From the NCBI GenBank assembly GCA_963669395.1, contig OY770022.1, positions 1,329,305 to 1,393,304 of the forward strand: a stretch of 64,000 bases of DNA, in the 5' to 3' direction. The position numbers and the translations under genes were made by a program. Of this stretch, positions 18,976-27,148 are shown piece by piece (position 1 is the stretch's first letter; every line of letters begins with the position of its first letter). This stretch comes from an uncultured Ruegeria sp. (GTDB lineage: Bacteria; Pseudomonadota; Alphaproteobacteria; Rhodobacterales; Rhodobacteraceae). Below the pieces are notes generated by a model. The model was not told the origin of the DNA, ran no database searches, and was given only the letters and a program-made list of their open reading frames with translations.

Positions 18976-19639
18976 GACACTCGACTTTGCCCAGCCATTC
19001 TTTCGTGTCCAGCACATCACCGATGAAGACAGAATTTCTGTCGAGGGTCGCGCCATCGTTCTGAACCTCGGGGAGAGGGGCCTCTCTGTCGAGGATCAAA
19101 CCGTTGCACCGCTTTCCTCGGTGATCGTGCAAGACAGCACGCTTAGCGGCGTGGAACGTGCAGTCATTGTCCACGGTTTCGACGCCCATGCCGATGAAAA
19201 CGAGTTGTTCGCATGGGTGAAAGATACATGGCCATCTGCTTTTGATGTTCGCCAAGAGGAGCGTCTGCGCGGTGTCAGCCACTACATGTCGCCAAAGGTC
19301 TTCGTGGGTAACGTTGGACTGACCATGTACCATTCCGGTTCGGTCCCATTGAATGTCGGATTGCACAAGGATCATCCGTTCTGCCCGGTACCGGGGTTTC
19401 GCGAAGTGCATACGCAAATCGTAGGCTTAGGCAAAATGCAGCAATGCCGCGAACGGGACGTTGAAACCCTTTATCTCGAAGAATTCATGGCCCCGGGCAC
19501 GACGCACAAACCGATGTATGACGCTGAAGGCAACTACCCCTGGCATCAATACGAGACGATTACCCCCAGCATTTTTATGGCGGTTGAAATACTGCCCGAA
19601 GGCGCGTGGATTCCCGGAATGGAGGTTCAGAATGGCTGA
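18965..19639 (+). CDS. Hypothetical protein with C-terminal cupin resembling the aldos-2-ulose dehydratase/isomerase (AUDH) cupin domain
   Basis: HKDH...FREVHTQI..G.M...H.P...YPWHQY His/Glu metal-site pattern; translationally coupled on both sides. Confidence 0.65.
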   Translation: MPIETLDFAQPFFRVQHITDEDRISVEGRAIVLNLGERGLSVEDQTVAPLSSVIVQDSTLSGVERAVIVHGFDAHADENELFAWVKDTWPSAFDVRQEERLRGVSHYMSPKVFVGNVGLTMYHSGSVPLNVGLHKDHPFCPVPGFREVHTQIVGLGKMQQCRERDVETLYLEEFMAPGTTHKPMYDAEGNYPWHQYETITPSIFMAVEILPEGAWIPGMEVQNG

Positions 19640-20822
19640 GAGACTTTTACCCGAAAACCTGAATTTTGACGGTCCATTCCCTCGCCTGTCTCGCCGTTTG
19701 CGGCTAGGCGTTGTTGGCGGTGGACGTATCTCAGTCACGCAAGCAACTGCTGCGCGGATGACCGACCGGTGGGAGGTCGCCGCAGGCGCGCTCAGTTCTG
19801 ACGCTGCGCGCAGCAAGGCGCGCGGGGCTGAGTGGTTCTTGCCATCAGGCCGGTGCTATGCGTCATTCGACGAGATGGCAAAAGCCGAGGCGGCGCGCCC
19901 GGATGGCGTGGATGCCGTAATGATCACTACCCCGAACCACGTTCATTTTGAAGCGGCCAAAGCGTTTCTTGAGGCGGGCATTGACGTACTGTGCGACAAA
20001 CCCCTGACCAACGAAGTCGCCGAGGCCGAGGGGCTAGAGGAGATCACTGCGCGCACGGGGCAGGTCTTTGCGGTCGGCTATGCGATGTCGTGCTTTCCGG
20101 TGATCCGGCAGGCGAAACAGAATTTGGCCGATGGCGGTATCGGCAAGATCAACCAAATCCATGTCGAGTTCATGCAAGACTGGATGACGCCCGACGATGT
20201 GGCTGATGCGCCCCATGTCAAATGGCGGCTGGACCCAAAGATTTCTGGCCCGACCAGCTGTGTCGGCGATATCGGTACGCATGCCGCGCATCTCGCCAGC
20301 TTTGTTTCGGGCCTGCCCTTGACCGACCTACGGGCCGAGTTTCATGTCTGCGGCGCGCCAAAGCCTTTGGAAGACACGGTGTTCATGTTCACCCGCTATC
20401 GAAACGAGGTTCCGGGAACCCTGATGGCAACGCGTCTTGCCCCCGGAAATCGGGGTGGATTGCGGTTGCGGGTATTCGGCAGCGAAGGCGGCCTCGAGTG
20501 GGATTTGGAGAACTCGGAACAGCTGAAGTTCAATCGGTTCGGTGAGCCGGATCGTATCATCAGCCGAGGTCACGGGCATGGTATCGGACCCGGTGCGGAA
20601 CGACTGATCCGTACCGCGCGCGGCTTCCCCGAAGGGATTATCGAAGCCTGGGCCAACCTCTATACGGAGTTTGCAATGGCCGTGGCCGCGCGCCGGGATG
20701 GCGTTATTGTTCCGGCCGATTGGCTTACTTATCCCAGTGTCGAACAAGGTGCAGACGGTGTCCGATTCATTGACGCCTCTGTGCGCTCTCACCAGTCCGG
20801 AGGGGAATGGGTCACTCTCTAA
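19632..20822 (+). CDS. Gfo/Idh/MocA family oxidoreductase
   Basis: GVVGGG, ITTPNHVH, CDKP, KWRLDP, GDIGTHA. Confidence 0.92.
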   Translation: MAERLLPENLNFDGPFPRLSRRLRLGVVGGGRISVTQATAARMTDRWEVAAGALSSDAARSKARGAEWFLPSGRCYASFDEMAKAEAARPDGVDAVMITTPNHVHFEAAKAFLEAGIDVLCDKPLTNEVAEAEGLEEITARTGQVFAVGYAMSCFPVIRQAKQNLADGGIGKINQIHVEFMQDWMTPDDVADAPHVKWRLDPKISGPTSCVGDIGTHAAHLASFVSGLPLTDLRAEFHVCGAPKPLEDTVFMFTRYRNEVPGTLMATRLAPGNRGGLRLRVFGSEGGLEWDLENSEQLKFNRFGEPDRIISRGHGHGIGPGAERLIRTARGFPEGIIEAWANLYTEFAMAVAARRDGVIVPADWLTYPSVEQGADGVRFIDASVRSHQSGGEWVTL

Positions 20823-20848
20823 GGCTCTGCCAACACGAATCTAAAACA

Positions 20849-20874
20849 CGCCCGGGCCATTGCCCGGGCGTTTT
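20849..20874 (+). terminator. Rho-independent terminator
   Basis: CGCCCGGGC-CATT-GCCCGGGCG followed by TTTT. Confidence 0.7.
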
Positions 20875-20909
20875 CCTTTCCTATCTGGCATTGAGAGTTG
20901 ATATTTTAA

Positions 20910-20926
20910 AAAATATCAGATATTTT
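20910..20926. promoter_or_regulatory. Palindromic operator AAAATATC-A-GATATTTT (second copy)
   Basis: Identical to 11216-11232; upstream of the TIM barrel-ALDH-ThDP operon. Confidence 0.75.
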
Positions 20927-20976
20927 TGACTACGTGTGATGAATTTGAGATTCGCTGACACGTGGAGCTGTCGTTC

Positions 20977-21891
20977 ATGGTGAAACCCGAAGAGGCTGGC
21001 GCATGCCCCTCTCTCTATTCCTTGGCGCATCTGACGCTGATTGGCTGTACGCCGCCCGAGCTGGTCTATATCGCCGCGCGGGCAGGTTACGATGCCGTCA
21101 GCCCCCGGTTCATTCCGATGCATGTGCCCGGCGAATTCACCCAGTCCCCGATCGACAAGGCTCAGGTGCAGGCTACCAAAACTGCGCTTTCCACAACCGG
21201 TTTGAAAGTCCTTGATGTCGAGCTGGCGCGCATCACGGAAGATGTCGATCCGCGCAGTTTTGAGCCTTCTCTTGAGATCGGTGGGGAATTGGGCGCTAAA
21301 CGCATGATCATGAGCGCGTGGACCAATACCCGCGATGATCGTGACTTCCTGATCGACGTCTATTCTGAAACTTGCGAACTGGCCGCGCGCTACGGGCTAA
21401 CAGTGGACCTGGAGTTCCCAAGTTTTTCACGCCTGCGCACTCTGGATGAGGCATTGGATATTGTCCGTGCCTCCGATCAGCCGAATGGCGGTATTCTTGT
21501 CGATACGCTCTACTTGCACCTCAGTCGCGTTGATCTCGGAGAGCTTCTACACGTCCCCTCGGAGTTGTTTCACTTCCTGCATATCTCCGATTGCCTGCCC
21601 GGGATCGCCGATACGCGCGAGGGCATGATCCAGCTGGCGCGCGATGCGCGGCTATATCCTGGCGAAGGTTGGATCGATTTCACCGGCATCATCGAACGGA
21701 TGCCACCCGTCGACTATTCCATCGAACTGCCCAACCAAAGCCGCGTTGCCGAGTTGGGATATGAAGAACACGCGCGCCGCTGTCTCAGCCACGCCAAGCG
21801 AACATTCGGCCAGGCGCGGTCACAGCGTCGTATGCCCGATGCTGCAATTCCAAAACACCAAGAGGATCATCATGGGCAAAGAGCTCACTGA
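20977..21891 (+). CDS. Sugar phosphate isomerase/epimerase (xylose-isomerase-like TIM barrel)
   Basis: VDLEF, LVDTL, HISD, RLYPGEG, SIELP. Confidence 0.85.
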   Translation: MVKPEEAGACPSLYSLAHLTLIGCTPPELVYIAARAGYDAVSPRFIPMHVPGEFTQSPIDKAQVQATKTALSTTGLKVLDVELARITEDVDPRSFEPSLEIGGELGAKRMIMSAWTNTRDDRDFLIDVYSETCELAARYGLTVDLEFPSFSRLRTLDEALDIVRASDQPNGGILVDTLYLHLSRVDLGELLHVPSELFHFLHISDCLPGIADTREGMIQLARDARLYPGEGWIDFTGIIERMPPVDYSIELPNQSRVAELGYEEHARRCLSHAKRTFGQARSQRRMPDAAIPKHQEDHHGQRAH

Positions 21892-23281
21892 AAACGACCG
21901 CAACATGGCGGCCGATATGCTGGCACGCGCCCGCGCTGCCATGGCCGAGATCGAGGATTGGGATCAGGACAAGCTGGACCGCCTGGCTCAGGCCATTGCA
22001 TGGTACGCAGGGAACGAGAAAACCTTCACCCGTCTGGCGCAGCAAGGCGTGGACGAAAGCGGTATCGGAGATCGCGAAGGGCGTCCTGCGAAGCGATTCA
22101 AGATTCACATGGTGCTGCGAGATGTCTTGCGTACGCCCTCGACGGGGATCGTCGAAGTCGACGAAGAAAAGGGGCTCGTGAAATACGCCAAACCTGCTGG
22201 TGTCATCGCATCCCTGATCCCGATGACCAATCCAGCAATGACGCCACCGGTGACAGGTGTATCCGCCGCAAACGCACGGAATGCGGTCATCTTCAGCCCG
22301 CATCCGCGAACCGCCCATACCACCTTCGAAATGGTCGAGGTCATGCGTGCAGCTTGTAGTGCCGCAGGTGCCCCCGAGGACTTGTTTCAATCTATTCGCA
22401 AACCGTCGATTCCATTGACGCAACATCTGATGGAGATCTGCGACCTGACTCTGGCAACGGGTGGCAAGCCGATGGTCAAAGCGGCCTACAGTTCTGGGCG
22501 CCCGGCCTATGGTGTCGGCGCGGGCAATTCGTCCATCGTCATCGATGAAACCGCCGACTTGGACATTGCCGCACAGAATACACGCATTTCGAAGACGTCC
22601 GACTTTGGGTCGGGCTGCTCGGCCGACGGCAACATCATCATCCAGAGCTCAGTTTACGACGATATGGTCAAGGCGCTTCAAGCCGAGGGCGGCTACCTGT
22701 GTTCGGATGAAGAGAAGGCCATGCTCGAAGCGGCCATGTGGGATGAAAAGGGAAACCGCACGTTTCCGACCATCGCCTGTCCGCCGCAGCAAACGGCCAA
22801 GGTCGCCGGTTTTAGCATCCCCGAAGACCGCAAGTTTCTGATGGTTGAAAATCAGGGGCAAATCGGCCCGCAGCATAAGTTCTCAAAGGAAAAACTGACT
22901 ACTCTGATGGCGCTTTATCACTTCGATACATTCGATGACGCGCTGGATACGGTCAGTCAGATCTATAACACGGGCGGCAAAGGCCATTCCTGCGGCATCT
23001 ACAGCCACAATGACGATCATATCGACCGGCTGGCGCGTCTGGCTCCGGTTAGCCGCATGATGGTGCGACAACCTCAGTCCAAGGCCAATGCTGGTGCCTG
23101 GACCAATGGCATGCCTATGACCAGCAGCCTGGGCTGCGGCATCTGGGGCGGCAACATCACCAATGAAAACGTCACCATGAAACACATGATGAACTACACC
23201 TGGGTCAGCCGTCCGATCCCCGAGGATCGCCCCTCGGAGCCGGACCTGTTCGGTGAATTCTACGGACAGGAGGTCGCGTGA
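21872..23281 (+). CDS. Acylating (CoA-dependent) aldehyde dehydrogenase, SauS/AdhE-N-like
   Basis: PMTNP, ATGG..MVKAAYSSGRPAYGVGAGN, catalytic Cys (GSGCS), EKL, LGCGIWGGN. Confidence 0.88.
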   Translation: MGKELTENDRNMAADMLARARAAMAEIEDWDQDKLDRLAQAIAWYAGNEKTFTRLAQQGVDESGIGDREGRPAKRFKIHMVLRDVLRTPSTGIVEVDEEKGLVKYAKPAGVIASLIPMTNPAMTPPVTGVSAANARNAVIFSPHPRTAHTTFEMVEVMRAACSAAGAPEDLFQSIRKPSIPLTQHLMEICDLTLATGGKPMVKAAYSSGRPAYGVGAGNSSIVIDETADLDIAAQNTRISKTSDFGSGCSADGNIIIQSSVYDDMVKALQAEGGYLCSDEEKAMLEAAMWDEKGNRTFPTIACPPQQTAKVAGFSIPEDRKFLMVENQGQIGPQHKFSKEKLTTLMALYHFDTFDDALDTVSQIYNTGGKGHSCGIYSHNDDHIDRLARLAPVSRMMVRQPQSKANAGAWTNGMPMTSSLGCGIWGGNITNENVTMKHMMNYTWVSRPIPEDRPSEPDLFGEFYGQEVA

Positions 23282-25062
23282 TGGACGCAAGCAAACTGGA
23301 CGGTAAAACCGTCGCCGAACACATCGTTGATTTCCTGGAACGTCGTGAGGTCAAACATGTGTTCGGCCTGTGCGGCCACACGAACATCGCGGTTCTGGCT
23401 GCGCTGGCGGAAAGCCCCATCGATTTCGTCACCGTGCGTCACGAACAAATAGCCAGCCACGCGGCAGACGCTTATGCCCGCGTGACGGGCAAGGCCTCGG
23501 TGGTATTGTCCCATCTCTCCCCGGGACTGACCAATTGCGCCACCGGGGTCGCCAACGCCGCACTGGACTGTATCCCGATGGTGGTGATTGCGGGCGATAT
23601 TCCCACGCACTACTACGGTAAACACCCGCATCAGGAGGTGAACCTGCACGCGGACGCAGCCCAATGGGAAATATATCGACCCTTCGTAAAACGCGCCTGG
23701 CGGGTCGACCGCGCAGATTTAATGGCCGAGATTCTTGAAAAGGCGTTCCATCTGGCTGAAAGCGGCCAGCCCGGGCCGGTACTGGTCAATGTCCCCATGG
23801 ACATCTTTTCAGAGGTGATCCCCTTGGACAGTTTCGACCGCATTCGCGACAACACGCGCGCGCTCAAGAAACCGTCGATTGACGACGAGACAGCGGGAGA
23901 GATTGTCGAAGCGTTGGCTAAAGCCGAAAACCCAGTCGCTTATGTCGGAGGTGGTATTCTTCTGGCACAGGCCAGCGAGGAGTTGCGAGAATTTGTTGAA
24001 CATATGGGGTTGCCAGTCGCGCATTCCCTGATGGGTAAAGGCGCGTTGCGGGACGACCACCCGCTTGTGCTGGGAATGACCGGGTTTTGGGGCACCGAAT
24101 TGGTTAACCAGTCCTGCTTGAATGCGGACTACATCTTTGCAGTGGGAACACGGTTCAAAGAGGCCGATTGCTCCAGCTGGTACCCTGGCTATACGTTCAA
24201 CATTCCCGGTTCTAAGGTCATTCATATCGACATCGAGCCGCAGGAGATCGGTCGGAACTATCCCACTGAGATCGGAGTCGTTGCTGACGCCAAGGCCGCA
24301 TTGCGCGTCCTCAACCGGGTCGCCCGCGAGATGTATCCGGACGGCTTCAAACGCCCCACGCTGGAGAAGAAGATCGCTGGCTTCCGGACGGACTTCAAAG
24401 CGCGCAACGTGGAAATGGCGACTTCATCGGCCTTTCCAATGATGCCCGAGCGTATTCTGGCAGATACCCGCAAGGCACTGCCCGAGGATGCCATCATCAC
24501 CACGGACGTTGGGTGGAACAAGAACGGTGTCGGGCAACAGTTCGACATTTTGACGCCGGGTTCAATCCTGACCCCGGGCGGGTTCGCGACGATGGGATTC
24601 GGCCCTCCGGGCGCGATCGGCGCGAAACTGGCGGCACCTGATCGCGTTGTCCTCAGTCTGGTCGGTGATGGTGGTTTCGGTCAAAACCCGTCGATGCTTG
24701 CGACTGCGGTCGAACTTGATCTGGGCATTATCTGGCTGGTCATGAACAACAACGCCTTCGGCACCATCGCGGGCCTTCAAAAGGCACATTACGGTCTGAC
24801 CTACGGGACGACCTTCCCCGGGTCAGCCGAGGCGCCCGCAAACGGGCCGGGTTATGCAAGCATTGCAAGAGCTTATGGCGCGGAAGGGCACAGGCTCAGC
24901 GCTGCTGACGAATTGTTGCCCGCATTAAAAGCTGCAATAGCTAGCGGCAAACCAACTGTCCTAGATGTCCCAATGATTAACAACCCGACGCCAACTACCG
25001 GACATTGGAACATCCTGGACATCTATTCGCCGGACAAGGACGTTTCTCACGTCGCGACCTGA
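23278..25062 (+). CDS. Thiamine diphosphate-dependent enzyme (acetolactate synthase-like)
   Basis: RHEQ, PGPV, ThDP motif GDGGF...NN. Confidence 0.92.
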   Translation: MMDASKLDGKTVAEHIVDFLERREVKHVFGLCGHTNIAVLAALAESPIDFVTVRHEQIASHAADAYARVTGKASVVLSHLSPGLTNCATGVANAALDCIPMVVIAGDIPTHYYGKHPHQEVNLHADAAQWEIYRPFVKRAWRVDRADLMAEILEKAFHLAESGQPGPVLVNVPMDIFSEVIPLDSFDRIRDNTRALKKPSIDDETAGEIVEALAKAENPVAYVGGGILLAQASEELREFVEHMGLPVAHSLMGKGALRDDHPLVLGMTGFWGTELVNQSCLNADYIFAVGTRFKEADCSSWYPGYTFNIPGSKVIHIDIEPQEIGRNYPTEIGVVADAKAALRVLNRVAREMYPDGFKRPTLEKKIAGFRTDFKARNVEMATSSAFPMMPERILADTRKALPEDAIITTDVGWNKNGVGQQFDILTPGSILTPGGFATMGFGPPGAIGAKLAAPDRVVLSLVGDGGFGQNPSMLATAVELDLGIIWLVMNNNAFGTIAGLQKAHYGLTYGTTFPGSAEAPANGPGYASIARAYGAEGHRLSAADELLPALKAAIASGKPTVLDVPMINNPTPTTGHWNILDIYSPDKDVSHVAT

Positions 25063-25166
25063 CGATACTGCGCGCGGTAAGCCGCGCCAGTCTATTAATT
25101 TCAATTGGCCCGTTTCAGCCAACCCTTCTGAGAGCCTGTAGCACCCTAAAGGAGATCAAATTGGTT

Positions 25167-25390
25167 TTATAGCCCTAACAGCGCTCGATCGGATTCGCGT
25201 GAGACACGCTCGTGCAGCAGCTTGAGCAATCGATCCGCTTTATCTCTCTCGATTTCCTCGAGAAGGTTCAAAACAGCCGCGCCATAGGTAATCTTTTCGC
25301 GTTTCATCGCGACGCTGTTGCTTGCTCGCCCGGGCCTGGAGGTCCCTGAGTCTCGCGCGCGCCTGCCGCGGGCTTTTTTGTGCGGAGTTC
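25167..25390 (-). pseudogene. Frameshifted MobC/MobS-like mobilisation accessory protein
   Basis: QARARLRDLQARASKQQRRDETR [frameshift] KITYGAAVL...VSRESDRALLGL*, matching the DTRRKI.GA...DRALFGL pattern; divergent from the mobA remnant. 5' end approximate. Confidence 0.65.
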
Positions 25391-25414
25391 GGGTTGGGGC
25401 CCGATGTCCTTTAC

Positions 25415-25774
25415 ATGATACACCCCGCCAGCAGACTCGAAGTCATCCTGCATTCTCGTGCCGACGGTCGCTCCGCCGTCAAATCCGCCGCTTACACCGC
25501 GCGCACCACCTTCCGGGATGCGCGGGTTGGACGACGGTTTTCGCCGGGCAGAAAGGGTGGCCTCCTGTCTCATGAATTGATCAACTGGACAGGAAACACA
25601 GAAGCGCCCTGGAACGCTGCCGAGCGTTCGGAACGCCGAAAGAATGCAAGAGTCATCCGCGAAATGCGCCCATCCCTGCCGCGCGAGCTACCGCTTCCCG
25701 AGCAGGTCCGGCTTGTCCGCAGCTTCTGCCTCTGGCTTCGCGATAAATACGGTGTTGCCGTTGGCGAGCTTTGA
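25415..25774 (+). pseudogene. mobA: Truncated MobA/MobL (MOBQ) relaxase
   Basis: SAVKSAAY, WNAAERSERRKNARVIRE, LPREL, YGVAV; ends just before the His-containing catalytic motif. Confidence 0.85.
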
Positions 25775-26062
25775 CGAGAAGGAGCAGGCGTTCGAGTTCA
25801 ATCCGGCGACAGCTTCCAAGTATGTCACGGCACTGGATGAAATGATCTCTTATATGCAAGCACATGACGTCAATCCGAACCCAAAGGCACTTGACGCGGT
25901 ACGCGGCTTGATTTCAGAAATCGTTGTGTCTCCGAGCTAGGAAGACGGCGTGCCGGTCGAGGTGAAGGGCCGTCTTAGTGTCTTGATTTCAAACCGTTCC
26001 AAAAAGGTGGGGGTTTGGTGGTAGCGGAGGAGGGACTTGAACCCCCGACACGCGGATTATGA
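25761..26062 (+). pseudogene. C-terminal remnant of a large serine recombinase reading into the antisense tRNA
   Basis: FNPATASKY...AVRGLISEIVVSPS*EDGVPVEVKGRLSVL [frameshift] VVAEEGLEPPTRGL*; in-frame TAG at 25938-25940. Confidence 0.7.
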
Positions 26063-26095
26063 TTCCGCTGCTCTAACCAACTGAGCTACTCCGCC
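26019..26095 (-). tRNA. tRNA-Met (CAT), probably elongator
   Basis: GGCGGAGTAGCTCAGTTGGTTAGAGCAGCGGAATCATAATCCGCGTGTCGGGGGTTCAAGTCCCTCCTCCGCTACCA; cloverleaf, 77 nt, encoded CCA. Confidence 0.96.
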
Positions 26096-26108
26096 ACGAG
26101 TGACAGGC

Positions 26109-26137
26109 GATTTAAGGGAGGGGTCCGGCAGGGTCAA
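26109..26137 (-). promoter_or_regulatory. sigma70-like promoter of tRNA-Met
   Basis: TTGACC-N17-TAAATC. Confidence 0.55.
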
Positions 26138-26167
26138 GAGGGAAATGGCGGTCCGTGGCGGAATCTT

Positions 26168-27148
26168 TCACTCTTTGGGCTGACCTGCCGATTCCAATCG
26201 GGATGAGCGGCAATTATCGGCAATCTTTCGGATGAACGATGCGCAAATTTCCGGGATGGTGATGAGGATCATATGGCCGTGCTTGCCAGTTTCCTCGTAG
26301 GTCAGGCCGAATTCTGTCATCGGAGGGCCGTGCTGCGCGGCTGAGAGGATAGCGTCCTGAGCGCCGTAAAGAATACCGCCCGGCACTTGCAGTTCCGGGT
26401 AGCGGAGGCATTGGTCCCCGATGCTGGCATCCACTCCGACCACGTCCTGCGAGGCTGTGATGAAGGCCGATGGGCGCAGCCCCAGGGCGCCGCCCGCCCG
26501 GTCCAGGAAATCCGCCGGGGCGGGCTCGGGCTCAAAAACGGCGCTCAAAACATGGGGCGCTGTCTTTGCCGCCAGCGGCACCGCGATGGTATTGCCGATC
26601 AGGTTGCGCAGCCAGGCAGTCCGGATTTCCAGTGGTTTGAAAACCTGTGGCGGCGCGGGCATTTGTTGTGTCAGCGGGGCCAGCAACGCGAGCCCCGCAA
26701 TCCTGTCGGGATATTCAAGTGCCATCGCCAGCGACACCGCCCCGCCCAGAGAATGCCCGACCAGAATGACGTCGGTGACCGATTTTTGGTCCAGAAACTC
26801 CTGTATCATCCGGGCCTGCTCCGGAAGGGTGCCCAAGGACGGATTGTCCCGGGTTGAATACCCGCAGCCGGGGCGATCAAGGGCAATGACGTGGAAATCG
26901 TCCGTCAATTCGTCCATCAGCGCATAGGTGTAATGCTGCAACTGCCCCGAAAGACCGTGGATCATCACGATGGTCTGTTTGGCGGGATCTCCACGCTCGA
27001 CATAGTGGATGCTTCCGCCATCAACCGCGACCACCTGACCCGGTTGAGGCACCCTTTCAAAACCCTTTTTGGTCAGCCGCCGCGTCCAAAGGTTCATGGC
27101 CAGCAGAAAAAGGCCCAGTGCGCCCAGCAAGATCAGGATAGTCGTCAT
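26168..27148 (-). CDS. Alpha/beta hydrolase (esterase/lactonase) with N-terminal anchor
   Basis: HG oxyanion motif, DRPGCG, GHSLG nucleophile elbow, Asp/His. Confidence 0.9.
   Translation of the reverse strand: MTTILILLGALGLFLLAMNLWTRRLTKKGFERVPQPGQVVAVDGGSIHYVERGDPAKQTIVMIHGLSGQLQHYTYALMDELTDDFHVIALDRPGCGYSTRDNPSLGTLPEQARMIQEFLDQKSVTDVILVGHSLGGAVSLAMALEYPDRIAGLALLAPLTQQMPAPPQVFKPLEIRTAWLRNLIGNTIAVPLAAKTAPHVLSAVFEPEPAPADFLDRAGGALGLRPSAFITASQDVVGVDASIGDQCLRYPELQVPGGILYGAQDAILSAAQHGPPMTEFGLTYEETGKHGHMILITIPEICASFIRKIADNCRSSRLESAGQPKE

Larger units (their letters stand above)
9074..26030. mobile_element. Decayed integrative/mobilisable genomic island (~17 kb) in tRNA-Met
   Basis: Flanking 13-bp direct repeats; mob and serine-recombinase remnants next to the tRNA; visibly more A/T-ending codons than core genes (not quantified). 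Confidence 0.82.

Noticed and set aside
21872-25062. Sulfonate (SauS/Xsc) degradation module
   Set aside because: The ThDP enzyme lacks recognisable Xsc features; no sauT, pta or sulfite exporter nearby.
25380-25420. oriT between mobC and mobA
   Set aside because: No MOBQ-type nick sequence (TAAGTGCGCCCT-like) is visible; the spacer seems too short and probably deleted.
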